A stretch of 64,000 nt of DNA from Pirellulales bacterium (GTDB taxonomy: Bacteria; Planctomycetota; Planctomycetia; Pirellulales; PALSA-1355). Positions 1 through 11,868 of this stretch are shown in pieces. Both the position numbers and the translations under genes were made by a program. Under the pieces are notes generated by a model. That model ran no database searches and was not told where the DNA came from. It was given only the letters and a program-made list of their open reading frames with translations. The stretch's first letter is position 1. Each line of letters starts with the position of its first letter. The stretch is from the NCBI GenBank assembly GCA_963733035.1, contig CAVTBU010000006.1, forward strand, positions 32,001-96,000, in the 5' to 3' direction.

Positions 1-502
1 GATACGAGATGCCCAGCAGGCCGACATTGCCGTTGTTTAGCGGCACGTTCTTCACGAGCCAGTCGATCGTGTCGTACGTATCGGTGCTTTCGTCAATGTC
101 TTTAGGTCCTTTGCGATCCATGTGCGGGCGGACGTGCACGAACTGGCCTTCCGACGCATTTCGCCCACGCACGTCCTGATAGACAAAGATGAAGCCTTCC
201 TTTGCGTAGTGTTTCATCTGCCAGCGAGGAGATTGCGGGTAGTTGCTGGCCCCGTATGGCCGCAGGCCGTAGGGTGTTCGTTGCAACAGAATCGGATACG
301 TCTGGGAGCCATCCTTGGGCACATAGGCGGCCGTGAACAGATGAACTCCGTCGCGCATGGGAATCTTGTATTCATATTTCGTGAAGTGTGCTTTGATGTA
401 GGCGTGATCCGCGACGAAAGAATCGTCCGATGCGCGAGCGATGCCTGCGTCCAGCAACACGACCAACAACAACACGGACCATTTCCAGCAGACCTGCATC
501 AT
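1..502 (-). CDS. CocE/NonD family serine hydrolase (alpha-amino acid ester hydrolase-like), 5' part; runs off the window edge
   Basis: Not in the ORF track; translated by hand: MMQVCWKWSVLLLVVLLDAGIARA (signal-like)...YTKYE-like FTKYEYKIPMRDGVHLFTAAYVPKD...RTPYG...EGFIFVYQDVRGRNASEG...DESTDTYDTIDWLVKN...GNVGLLGISY, where GxSY is the nucleophile motif. Confidence 0.85.
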   Translation of the reverse strand, partial: MMQVCWKWSVLLLVVLLDAGIARASDDSFVADHAYIKAHFTKYEYKIPMRDGVHLFTAAYVPKDGSQTYPILLQRTPYGLRPYGASNYPQSPRWQMKHYAKEGFIFVYQDVRGRNASEGQFVHVRPHMDRKGPKDIDESTDTYDTIDWLVKNVPLNNGNVGLLGISY

Positions 503-1041
503 AAATTTCCCTTCGATCGGTTGCCTCGGCGACGAGTCCGCCGGTAGCCAAGTCTAGTTGCATCACGTCTTGATGCTGATTCTAGCTCGCCGCGAGGGGA
601 GTTTCATTAACCCCCAGGGCTGAGGCCCACTTTGAAGCCAATCGCTGTGCGACGATGGCCAAATATGGCTGCAGAATTTCGCGTAATTGGCGACTTTTTT
701 CGCTGTCGGGCGCCCTCGGCACGGCGGACGGGATATTCGGAAGCGGCACGACGCCCCACGAGAGTGATCGACGTGTTTAATTCTTGCAGCTGATGCCGCG
801 GCGAGCGCCCGTCGAGCAGGGTGATTGAAAATGCTCCAGACGTCGAACGACCCAGGACCGGGACAAATACGTCGAACGTGGTCTACGCTGTGCGGGCAAA
901 ATGCCGCGCCAGCACGACGTTAAAAGTGCTATCGATGCCGAATGTCTTGGGTGCAACTCGGGCCCGTTCGGCTTTGGCATGTCCCTTGCGGCTAAAGGTT
1001 TATCGGGTCGAGATATTCTCTAAGCATAAAGGAGGTGTTCC

Positions 1042-1725
1042 ATGTTTGTGAAATCAAGATCCTCGATTATCTCCCGGTCGGGCCTTATTTTGGCGGCCGT
1101 TGGAGTAATGTATGTTTCGTCCGGCTGGGCCGGTGCACAAGACTCGCGGGTGTCAAATTCCGGAGATCAATATCGGGGGCAGCTTGCGTCCTATTTCACC
1201 GACAAAATCATGCTCGCGGACCAAGGCATCGTTGGACTGAGCAAGCTTGCCGAACAACGCTCCCAATCGGCGGAGTTGAAGCAATTCGCCCAGAAATTGG
1301 TCCAGGAGCATACGCGATTGGATGAAAAACTGAATCAGGTGGTGCCGGAGGCCCGGGCTCTGTTTGTGGAGCATAGTCGGGCGGTTTCACGTGATGCGAC
1401 CCAGGTGCGTACTTCCGCGCGCGAAAGGGGCAGCCACGACGTACTCACGCGTTTGTGCATGATCAACCATCGTGCCGCGAAGAGCGAATTGGAACGGTCG
1501 AAGCAATTGCTTGAAAAGTACCAGGGATATGACTTCGATATGGCGTTCCTGGGAATGCAGATCAGCGGTCACACCTGGTTGCTCTCGGAGCTCAATGCCC
1601 TTGACGGCGTCGGGTCAAAAGAATTCCAGCAAGCGGTAGAATATGCCACGAAGATCGTAGCCGACCATCTGCATGAGGCGGAGACGCTGACAAAGAAGCT
1701 CGAAGACGAGCACCACAAGTCGTAG
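1042..1725 (+). CDS. Secreted DUF4142 (ferritin-like) domain protein
   Basis: GGAGG RBS upstream, N-terminal signal peptide, and motifs LAEQRSQSAELKQFAQKLVQEH, FDMAFLGMQISGH and HLHEAETL. Confidence 0.75.
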   Translation: MFVKSRSSIISRSGLILAAVGVMYVSSGWAGAQDSRVSNSGDQYRGQLASYFTDKIMLADQGIVGLSKLAEQRSQSAELKQFAQKLVQEHTRLDEKLNQVVPEARALFVEHSRAVSRDATQVRTSARERGSHDVLTRLCMINHRAAKSELERSKQLLEKYQGYDFDMAFLGMQISGHTWLLSELNALDGVGSKEFQQAVEYATKIVADHLHEAETLTKKLEDEHHKS

Positions 1726-1932
1726 TCCAGCAAGCGACTCTTCAGCGAGCGGGCGGCCGATGCAATTTTGGAGCCCGCTCGACTCGTTTACACCTTCCAT
1801 CAAGTCGTGGGTTGAATGCGCGACCACGACACGATTTTGTACCGTATTGCAGGAATTCGAGGACCCGCGTCACGCCAAACCGATGAGGCAAGGGGGGAAG
1901 GCATATGACCTAAGTCGGGGTTTGTTCTTTCG

Positions 1933-3321
1933 TCAGGCGAGGATCGCGTCGAGCACGTTGCCGTGGACGTCGGTCAGACGAAAGTCGCGTCCCGCGTAGC
2001 GGTAGGTTACTCGTTTGTGATCGAGTCCCAGCAGATGCAGGATCGTCGCGTGGTAGTCGTGAACATGACAAGGGTCTTTGGCGATCTGCATGCCGTACTC
2101 GTCGGTTTCGCCGTAAGCCAGGCCACCGCGGACTCCGCCACCGGCCAATAGGCAGCTGAACGCGTCGATAAAGTGCTCGCGTCCCTTGCCGTTGAATGTG
2201 GTGGGCGTGCGACCAAACTCGGTGCAGATGGCAACCAGGGTATCGTCGAACAGTCCGCGACGCTTGAGGTCGAGAAGCAAACCCGTGAGTGCCCGATCGA
2301 CGCGCAGCGCCTTCGGACGATGGTCCTCCATGTTGCCGTGCGCATCCCAGTTGTCGTGAGAACCGGTGTCGATTAATTCAACGGTTCTGACACCATGTTC
2401 GAGCAGCCGTCGCGCCAGCAGGCATTGTGCGGCGAAGGATTTCTTCTCGCCGGGCTCGGCACCATACAGCGCAAGCGTTTCGGCCGATTCGCGACCAAGG
2501 TCAAATACCTCTGGCGCCGCCCGCATCATGCCCCGGGCCGTGGCGAAGCTGGCAGTACGAGCGGGCAGGTTGAGATCATCCTGGCGTGCATCGGCATGTA
2601 GACGATTGACATCGTCGAGCATTTGCCGTTCGAGTTCGGCAATCGTCGCCGATTGGATCGATGATTTCAGGTCCGGAATCGGATCGTCCCCAGGCACGAT
2701 CCGCACACCCTGATGCAAGGGTGGCAAGAAGTTGCTATCGAATACTTGAGCCCCGGCGTACGGCAGGTGTTCGCATAGCACGACATACGGCGGCAAGTTC
2801 GGATTGAACGTTCCCAGCGCATAGCTCAGCCAGGCGCCGATGCTTGGCATGGGAACCGTCGATGAGCCCGTGTGCATGGCCAATGTGGCTTGAAAGTGCT
2901 CAACGATATCAGTGTGCATGCTGCGGATGACACATAAGTCGTCGGCCACGAGTCCCAGCTGCGGGAACAATTCGCTAAAGGGTAAGCCTGAAGATCCGTG
3001 TTGTTCGAATTTGAACGGCGATGGCATTAGCTTGGCGTTCGGATTGCCGCGAAGCTGGTGCGTTGTCAACTGACGGCCCTGGTCCGTTGCAAGACGCGGC
3101 TTCGGATCAAACGTATCGACGTGCGAAAAGCCTCCGGTCAGGAAGATAAACAACAGTCGTTTTGCCTTGGCGGGATGATGTCCTGGCTGCGGAGCCAACG
3201 CAAAACCGCCGTGCACCTTGGCAGCCAGTGCGAGCTGCTCCCGCAGCCCGAGAGCCGCCGTGGCGCCGGCGGCGGATCGGCAAAGAAATTGACGGCGATT
3301 GAGCGGTTGGATGCGACGCAT
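1933..3321 (-). CDS. DUF1501 family (sulfatase-like) protein with a Tat-like signal
   Basis: Start trimmed to MRRIQPLNRRQFL; motifs AKRLLFIFLTGGFSHVDTFDPKP, CLLARRLLEHGVR, WDAH, EFGRTP, RLTDVHG. Confidence 0.88.
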   Translation of the reverse strand: MRRIQPLNRRQFLCRSAAGATAALGLREQLALAAKVHGGFALAPQPGHHPAKAKRLLFIFLTGGFSHVDTFDPKPRLATDQGRQLTTHQLRGNPNAKLMPSPFKFEQHGSSGLPFSELFPQLGLVADDLCVIRSMHTDIVEHFQATLAMHTGSSTVPMPSIGAWLSYALGTFNPNLPPYVVLCEHLPYAGAQVFDSNFLPPLHQGVRIVPGDDPIPDLKSSIQSATIAELERQMLDDVNRLHADARQDDLNLPARTASFATARGMMRAAPEVFDLGRESAETLALYGAEPGEKKSFAAQCLLARRLLEHGVRTVELIDTGSHDNWDAHGNMEDHRPKALRVDRALTGLLLDLKRRGLFDDTLVAICTEFGRTPTTFNGKGREHFIDAFSCLLAGGGVRGGLAYGETDEYGMQIAKDPCHVHDYHATILHLLGLDHKRVTYRYAGRDFRLTDVHGNVLDAILA

Positions 3322-3328
3322 TGGAGCC

Positions 3329-5697
<2,369 letters not shown>

Positions 5698-5847
5698 GGC
5701 GAAAAGCCTCGGCTGAACCGGGGGTGGGAGGATCAAGCAGGAATGGCAGTATACCATGTTCCGCAATTCGATTGTGCATCGGAATTGCGGATTTGAAGAA
5801 CCCAACGGCAGCGCACCGCAGCGGACGAGATGCAGGCGGGAACCCGG

Positions 5848-6795
5848 TTATTTAACCGACGTTGCGTTGAGAAAGTCGGACACCGCGGGCGGTCCCTGCA
5901 GGTAGCCCAATTCGCTGAGAAATCGGTCTGTTTCTTCCAAGGTGGCGGCAAACATCCGACCGTCGCCGCGGCCGTAGTTGAAAAAGCCGTGCCCTTGGTC
6001 GGCATAGGAGTGAAGGGTACAACGATTGTTGGCGTCCTTCATTGCCTGCTCGAACGCGGCTGCGGATTCGTGTGGCACGGTGCGGTCGGCCGTGCCGTGA
6101 AAGATCACGGTTGGCGGTATGCCTGACGACACGTGATGATACGGAGAAAGCTCACGCGGCTCGACGCCAGTGCGTTCTTTCAAACTGCTCAGGCGGGCAC
6201 TGTCGATTGCCAATCCCTCGACCGGCGCCAGGACCAAGGCCGGATTAAATAGAACCATCGCGTTCGGCCGCGAGCTGATGGACGAATCTTCGTCTGATTC
6301 GTCAAACGCGGTGATCGTGCCGGTGGCTGCCGCCAGATGCCCACCAGCCGATCCACCCGCCGCCACGATTCGATTGGGGTCGACGTGCAACTTGTCCGCG
6401 TTTGCTCGCACCCAGCGGATTGCACTCTTGGCATCGCGGACGCAATCGACCGCCTTCACATGATGCCGGCTCGCGACACGGTAGTCGGCCGTGATGGCCA
6501 CCATGCCACGTGATGCCAGATATCGACAGTGTTGAACGAACTGCTGGGGCGAACCGGAACGCCATCCACCGCCAAAAAAGAACACAATTGCCGGACGATG
6601 GTCACCTGACTTCAAGTCGGCGGGCTCGTAAACGTAAAGGCTCAACTTCGTGTCACCAATCGTCTTGTAGGTTTCGACGCGAGCACCAGGAAGCTTGGGT
6701 GGGTACTCGGGGGGACCGTTTCGCGGGGCATCTTGGGCGGCGCAGAACGAACTAACCAATAGCAATAGCGCAAGAGACATGAACGCGAATCGCAT
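5848..6795 (-). CDS. Secreted alpha/beta hydrolase (esterase/lipase)
   Basis: Signal peptide, FFFGGGW oxyanion motif, GGSAGG nucleophile elbow, HGTAD and HGFF catalytic Asp/His. Confidence 0.85.
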   Translation of the reverse strand: MRFAFMSLALLLLVSSFCAAQDAPRNGPPEYPPKLPGARVETYKTIGDTKLSLYVYEPADLKSGDHRPAIVFFFGGGWRSGSPQQFVQHCRYLASRGMVAITADYRVASRHHVKAVDCVRDAKSAIRWVRANADKLHVDPNRIVAAGGSAGGHLAAATGTITAFDESDEDSSISSRPNAMVLFNPALVLAPVEGLAIDSARLSSLKERTGVEPRELSPYHHVSSGIPPTVIFHGTADRTVPHESAAAFEQAMKDANNRCTLHSYADQGHGFFNYGRGDGRMFAATLEETDRFLSELGYLQGPPAVSDFLNATSVK

Positions 6796-6876
6796 GGGTG
6801 TGGCTCCTCGGGGCGACGAGACTCGAACTGCGCAGCACCACTAGCATAAGTGACGCGGAGCGGCCGACCAAGCAAT

Positions 6877-9800
6877 TTAGCGGGCGGAAGCGGGTGACGC
6901 GCTCGGCTGCGTCATCGTCACGGCAGGAATCGACGCCTCGGCCGTCGACTGGGAGCGGGGAGCTTCTTGCTTCCCGGGCTCATTTGCGGCAGATGCACTG
7001 GGTCTAGGCAGTTCCGTCCAGCTAACGTCCGCACGAGTATGCAGACGAGCGGCGATCTCCGTGTAGTCGTTTCGCCCTGAAATCAATCGAGCCGCGACGT
7101 GGGGTAGCGACAGTTCTTGTTGCTCGTAGCAGAGCGTCAGGTCCGCGTCGGAGTCATTGAGGATCGTCGGCTGTGGGTTGAGCAAGTTGCCGAGAGCATC
7201 GCGAAGGGGAGCGTTGGCTTCGCGGTCGGGCAGGATTGCGAGCAGACGCTGACAGCCGGCGCAGTCGATGAGTTTGGGTCGGGCGGCTTCCTGGCAGGCC
7301 GTTAGCCGCGCCGTCTGCCGCTCGACATCGTGATCGGTTCCGAGTACCGCGTCGCTAAGTGAGATGGCTTTCAACGCCTCCAAAACCTCCGCTCTCGCTT
7401 CGGTTCGCAACGCCGCGAGCATGGCAGGCCGCATGGCATCCGCCCGCTGACACACGTTGCGAAGCCCGCCGTTCGGCAAGAGGAACTGCTCTTGAATTCG
7501 CGAGTCGACTCGCTGTGCCAGCCGGGGTAGTTGGCTTTGTAGTTGACCTGCCAATGCGTCCTCGACTTCTTCCAGAATGGTCTCGGCCACGGGCGCGTCA
7601 TCGTCGTCCCATGGGAAGTCCGCGTCAAACTGGTCGGACCATTGGCCGAGTTCACGTTGCAAGTCTTTGATTTGGTCGCCGGCGGAGGTGATTCCGGACC
7701 CCAATAGGCGCAGGAGCTTGACCACTCCTTGGAGCGTGTAGGCTTGTAGCCGCAATCGCATCACAAGCAATAGCATGCCGTCGAGTTCGGCTGCGTGCTT
7801 CTGTTCGGCGCGGCGCGCACCGAACATTCGCGATCGGTTCGGCACGTTGCGTTCCGTGGCGCGCACGGTGCGCTCCAATTCGTGAAGGTTCTGCAGCGTT
7901 TCCTTGACCTGGTCGGTCGCTTCAGCATCGAGGGCTCGGAGATGGACCGCGAGGGCATCTCGAGCCTTGATTGCCCACCCAACTCGGGCTTCAGGGTTGT
8001 TGACCAACTCGAGGATAAATCCACGCAACCCCTCCGACTTGGGAGCCGCAAGCTGTTTCAGACCGCGCTCGACCGCGACATGAGCGGCTGGCAGCGAGAT
8101 CTTGAGGCCATCGGGTCCGGTGTCCGGCGGTTCGAACAGTTCGTGGATGGCTTGCAGGAGGCGAACGCAGGGCGTCCCAGGGCTCGCCTGGCCTTGCGTT
8201 TGCACGTTCGCTCGGAGACGGGCATATAGGGCATCGGCGTCTCCACCAAGCTCCTTGTCGAGCAAGCCGGCGACTGCCGCGCGAAGGTTCGCTAAATTAA
8301 TCCCGAGCGTCTGGCACTGCTCCTCGGGCGACGTGAGTTTCGCAGCCGCGGCGGAAGGGGGTGGGAACAGTGACGGCGGGGCATTGCGGCTGCGACGCTC
8401 GTGGCCGGTGCCGCGCCAGTGATCCACGACTTCCTGGCAAAGCAGTTCGGTTGTAAGAGTTGGCAGCGATGTCTGCAGACTGCCGATCGAGACGGTGCCA
8501 AAGCCGCGGAGTGATACCTGGGCCGCCTCGTCCGATGTCGAGGTTCGACATCGATCAAGCGCCGCGCCGGCCGGGGTCGCCGCGTTCAAATATAGATACG
8601 AGGCCAGCACATTGGTTGCCGCCTCGTATTCGGTTTCGTTCAGATCATTACCCAACGGCACGAAGTAGACGTTGGGAAACGCACCGTTCGATTCTGGTGA
8701 TGTCAGATCACAGGTCGTACCACCGGGGGAGTAGCCGGACTCGCGGTAATGCTGTAGTTCCTTCAGGCAGGCATAGGCGTTCGCGGTGGCCAGCTCCGCT
8801 GCGGAGGTGTTTCGATCTGTCGAGTGGGTAAATATGCCACAAAGCCCTTCGTCGGAACAGCCAGCGTCGCGGAGCAACTTGCGTATCGCGTAGGCGACGT
8901 CGAGCACCATGCCGCCACCCGTGCCACCCGAGATGGACGCAATTACGAAGACGCGCGGCGCATGGGAGTCGAACGGCTGTCCGGTGATTTCGGTCGATGC
9001 AGCCAACGCTTCGGGTGCGATCATGTCCGCCAACGCGGCACGAATCCGGTCCAGCACCTGCGGCTCATGGTCGATGAGCGCCAAGCGACCCAGCGGTCGG
9101 CGGCCTTCGGTTTGAAGCGACCGCGGAATGTTGTACAGCCAGCGCCGGCTGAGCCAACTGAGGATATTGCGGCCGTCGGTCGTGTAGTCGTGGGCGCTGC
9201 GCAGCGGGAGTGCCAAGGTTTCACGATCCGCGAGGGCTGTGTCTCGATTCCCCTCTGTCATCTGGTAGAGATACTTGGCGTCGGTATCAAGCAGCAGCAT
9301 TTGCATTGCCGGTATGCCAGCAGCGGCACCAAAGCGATCGCCCAACCGACGCCGCAATTGACGTAGAACGCGTCCCGCGGTTCCGCCGATGCCCAAGAAC
9401 AAAGTGGGTCGCAACCCGGTGGCGCTAGCATCCGACTCGAGCGGACCGAGTTCGACGATCGGTTCGGCCGCGCCGATGAGTGCCATCGACGCGGCGCATC
9501 GCGACTCAGATAACGGTGCCGGTTCTTCCCCTAGCACCTGCGTGTTGGTGGCAGGTTGTTCGCCACGCCGGTGGCGGCTATCAGTGTCGGTCTTCGAGGC
9601 AGACGACTTGATCGAGGTCGTGTCGCTCGCCGGGCGCTTACCGGGCGCTTCCGGCCAGTCACGACTGGGTTTCGCGCCGAACAGCGCGTCAATCAGGCTG
9701 CGGCAGCTGGGAAATCGCTCGGCCGGATCCTTGGCGAGCGCCCGGCTAACAACGGCCTGATCGTTGGCTGAAAGACCCGACAGCCGTGGACTCGCGTGCA

Positions 9801-10473
9801 AGTGTTGCGATGCCAGTTGTGCCGGCGTACGACCTGGAAACGGCAACTGGCCGGTCAGCATCTCCTGGTAGACGATCGCCAGGCTGTATTGGTCGCTTCT
9901 CTGACTGGGGCGGTCGTCGAAGACCTCGGGGGCGGCATAGATTGGCGTCAGTCCGCCCATCAGCGACGCCGTTGCGTCGTGCTGCAGATCCTTGACGAGT
10001 CCAAAGTCGGCGACCTTAACATGTCCACCGACAAGCAGCATATTCTCGGGCTTCACGTCCAGATGTTGTAGCGAGAAGCTCTCATTCATGTAGTCGAGAG
10101 CATCGGCGGCGTCGCGCATATAGCGCAAAAGTTCTTCACGAGGAATTCCGTCTGCGCCGGTTTGTCGGAGCTGCTCGTACCGGTCCTTGAGGCTCATGTC
10201 GGCCAGTTCGGTAACGATGATCAGCTGACCGTCGACAATTTCGAACCGCTCGAGCGAAAGCAGGAAAGGATGCCGTACCTGCTTGATCCGGTCGAGCGCC
10301 TTCAGCTCTCGCGCCGCGCGGGCATCGTCGAAGTACCCGTAGACGAACTTGATGGCCTTGGTCAATCCACCCGGTGCCCGGGCACTCCAGACTTCGCCGT
10401 AGCCGCCGACGCCGATCCGGTCCTCGACCACGTATCCGGGAATCGGCTCGCTATTTCTCGGCACATGCGACAT
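6877..10473 (-). CDS. Hanks-type Ser/Thr kinase fused to a tubulin/FtsZ-like GTPase (Tubulin_2) domain and a C-terminal helical region
   Basis: Kinase motifs: IGVGGYGEV, AIK, HLDVKPEN, DFG, APE. Tubulin-like motifs: LFLGIGGTAG, LLLDTD, RPLGRLAL, IASISGGTGGGMVLDVAY, ANAYACLKEL. Start trimmed to MSHVPRNSEPIPGY. Confidence 0.85.
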   Translation of the reverse strand: MSHVPRNSEPIPGYVVEDRIGVGGYGEVWSARAPGGLTKAIKFVYGYFDDARAARELKALDRIKQVRHPFLLSLERFEIVDGQLIIVTELADMSLKDRYEQLRQTGADGIPREELLRYMRDAADALDYMNESFSLQHLDVKPENMLLVGGHVKVADFGLVKDLQHDATASLMGGLTPIYAAPEVFDDRPSQRSDQYSLAIVYQEMLTGQLPFPGRTPAQLASQHLHASPRLSGLSANDQAVVSRALAKDPAERFPSCRSLIDALFGAKPSRDWPEAPGKRPASDTTSIKSSASKTDTDSRHRRGEQPATNTQVLGEEPAPLSESRCAASMALIGAAEPIVELGPLESDASATGLRPTLFLGIGGTAGRVLRQLRRRLGDRFGAAAGIPAMQMLLLDTDAKYLYQMTEGNRDTALADRETLALPLRSAHDYTTDGRNILSWLSRRWLYNIPRSLQTEGRRPLGRLALIDHEPQVLDRIRAALADMIAPEALAASTEITGQPFDSHAPRVFVIASISGGTGGGMVLDVAYAIRKLLRDAGCSDEGLCGIFTHSTDRNTSAAELATANAYACLKELQHYRESGYSPGGTTCDLTSPESNGAFPNVYFVPLGNDLNETEYEAATNVLASYLYLNAATPAGAALDRCRTSTSDEAAQVSLRGFGTVSIGSLQTSLPTLTTELLCQEVVDHWRGTGHERRSRNAPPSLFPPPSAAAAKLTSPEEQCQTLGINLANLRAAVAGLLDKELGGDADALYARLRANVQTQGQASPGTPCVRLLQAIHELFEPPDTGPDGLKISLPAAHVAVERGLKQLAAPKSEGLRGFILELVNNPEARVGWAIKARDALAVHLRALDAEATDQVKETLQNLHELERTVRATERNVPNRSRMFGARRAEQKHAAELDGMLLLVMRLRLQAYTLQGVVKLLRLLGSGITSAGDQIKDLQRELGQWSDQFDADFPWDDDDAPVAETILEEVEDALAGQLQSQLPRLAQRVDSRIQEQFLLPNGGLRNVCQRADAMRPAMLAALRTEARAEVLEALKAISLSDAVLGTDHDVERQTARLTACQEAARPKLIDCAGCQRLLAILPDREANAPLRDALGNLLNPQPTILNDSDADLTLCYEQQELSLPHVAARLISGRNDYTEIAARLHTRADVSWTELPRPSASAANEPGKQEAPRSQSTAEASIPAVTMTQPSASPASAR

Positions 10474-10481
10474 GACGGAAC

Positions 10482-11651
10482 CTACCTGAGGGCCGCGCGG
10501 GCGGGTGCCGCCGGGCGCGATTCGTGAATTAACGAGGCCACGGTCTGGGGCGTCCCGAACAAGTCTCCCTGGGCGAGCGTGCAGCCGAGGTTGCGGCACA
10601 CTTCAAGGTCAGCATTGTCGTCGATGCCGGTCGCGATCACCGCGCTGTCGAGGTCGTGGCTTGCCCGGACAATGAGTTGCACCTGACGTTGGCGATCGGC
10701 ACCGGAATGAATGCTCTTGAACATCGACGGGGCCAACTTGAGGTAGTCGGGAGCGACGTCCTTGTGCTCGCTGATACGCGCTTTGCCAGACGCATAGTTG
10801 TCATAGGCCACTTGGATCTGCACATCTCGCAAGCAGGCCAAAAGCGCCCGAAAGTCGGCAGTGCCGCGGACCGCGCTGTCGGGAATCTCGACAACGATCT
10901 GGCGGCTACTGCCAACCAGGTTTCGCAATTGACAGAGGTGGCTGATGAGCGCCGGTTCCGCACTTTCTGCCCCGGTGATCGCCAAGAAGAGCTTGCCGCC
11001 GTGTGGCAAAGTGACCGTTTCCTCGACAGCCAAACGGCGAAACAACTGTCGCAACCGTCCGGCCGCGCGACACTCCACTGGCGGCACTAGCTGTTCGCAG
11101 CGGGGACTGGGCGGCCGACCTGCGCCGTCGGAAGCGAACGCCTCGTGACCGAAGACCTCGCCACTGTCCAGCGAGATGATCGGTTGATATAGCGTTCGCA
11201 GGCAGCGATGGGTGACAACTTCGTGAGTGCGACGAACCGCGAAGATCGTTTCCCAAACGGCATTGCGCTCGCCAGAATGTCCCGCGTGGGCCATAACCTG
11301 TGTGGCCGTCTTGCGCGTCGCACCGTGCGAGCCGCAAAAGAATGTGAGTTCGACATCCGCGATTACGAGCAGGTCGCCGTCGGAAAGCGATGCCTCGTCG
11401 ATTCGTTGGCCATTGAGGAAAGTGCCGTTCGTGCTCCCCAGGTCACGCAATTTGAACTTTCGACCTTGGCGAGCAATTGTCGCGTGTTCGCGAGAAACCT
11501 GATTCGAGTCAATCTGCAAGTCGGCCGTCTCATTCCGTCCGATGGTAAACGGAAACGAGGCCAGCGGGATTTTTTCAGTTGACCCATCCGGTAGGTCTTG
11601 TTCGAGCCAAGGGGCGCTGACGGCGCCTTCCGGCATCACTTGGGTACTCAT
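10482..11651 (-). CDS. FHA domain + degenerate EAL domain protein
   Basis: FHA: FTIGR...VSREHA...DLGSTNGTFLNG. EAL fold: YQPII, EAF, DNYASG, YLKLA, QGDLF, with the catalytic residues substituted. Confidence 0.85.
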   Translation of the reverse strand: MSTQVMPEGAVSAPWLEQDLPDGSTEKIPLASFPFTIGRNETADLQIDSNQVSREHATIARQGRKFKLRDLGSTNGTFLNGQRIDEASLSDGDLLVIADVELTFFCGSHGATRKTATQVMAHAGHSGERNAVWETIFAVRRTHEVVTHRCLRTLYQPIISLDSGEVFGHEAFASDGAGRPPSPRCEQLVPPVECRAAGRLRQLFRRLAVEETVTLPHGGKLFLAITGAESAEPALISHLCQLRNLVGSSRQIVVEIPDSAVRGTADFRALLACLRDVQIQVAYDNYASGKARISEHKDVAPDYLKLAPSMFKSIHSGADRQRQVQLIVRASHDLDSAVIATGIDDNADLEVCRNLGCTLAQGDLFGTPQTVASLIHESRPAAPARAALR

Positions 11652-11868
11652 CTGTGTGGTTATTGCTCTTGGGGTGCCCGTGAGGGTGCGCAGCGCCCGG
11701 CCGAGAAAGGCTGGCGAAATCCACAACCCGCGCAGTCATCAAAAAACCTTGGAATCGCATTTAAACCATAGCTCATACCGGCCTGGACAATGGCGATAAG
11801 CTAAGTTCTCGATGGTGCCTCGCGCGTGGGCACGTAGCTGTAACTCCCTTTCGGAAGACGCTCCGCAT

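Noticed and set aside
122..547. 141-aa plus-strand ORF
   Set aside because: Antisense to the CocE/NonD gene, which has clear motifs on the minus strand
503..1041. Intergenic region and small ORFs (777..980, 821..1051) as a possible sRNA or peptide gene
   Set aside because: No RBS, motif or recognisable RNA structure; best explained as a divergent promoter region
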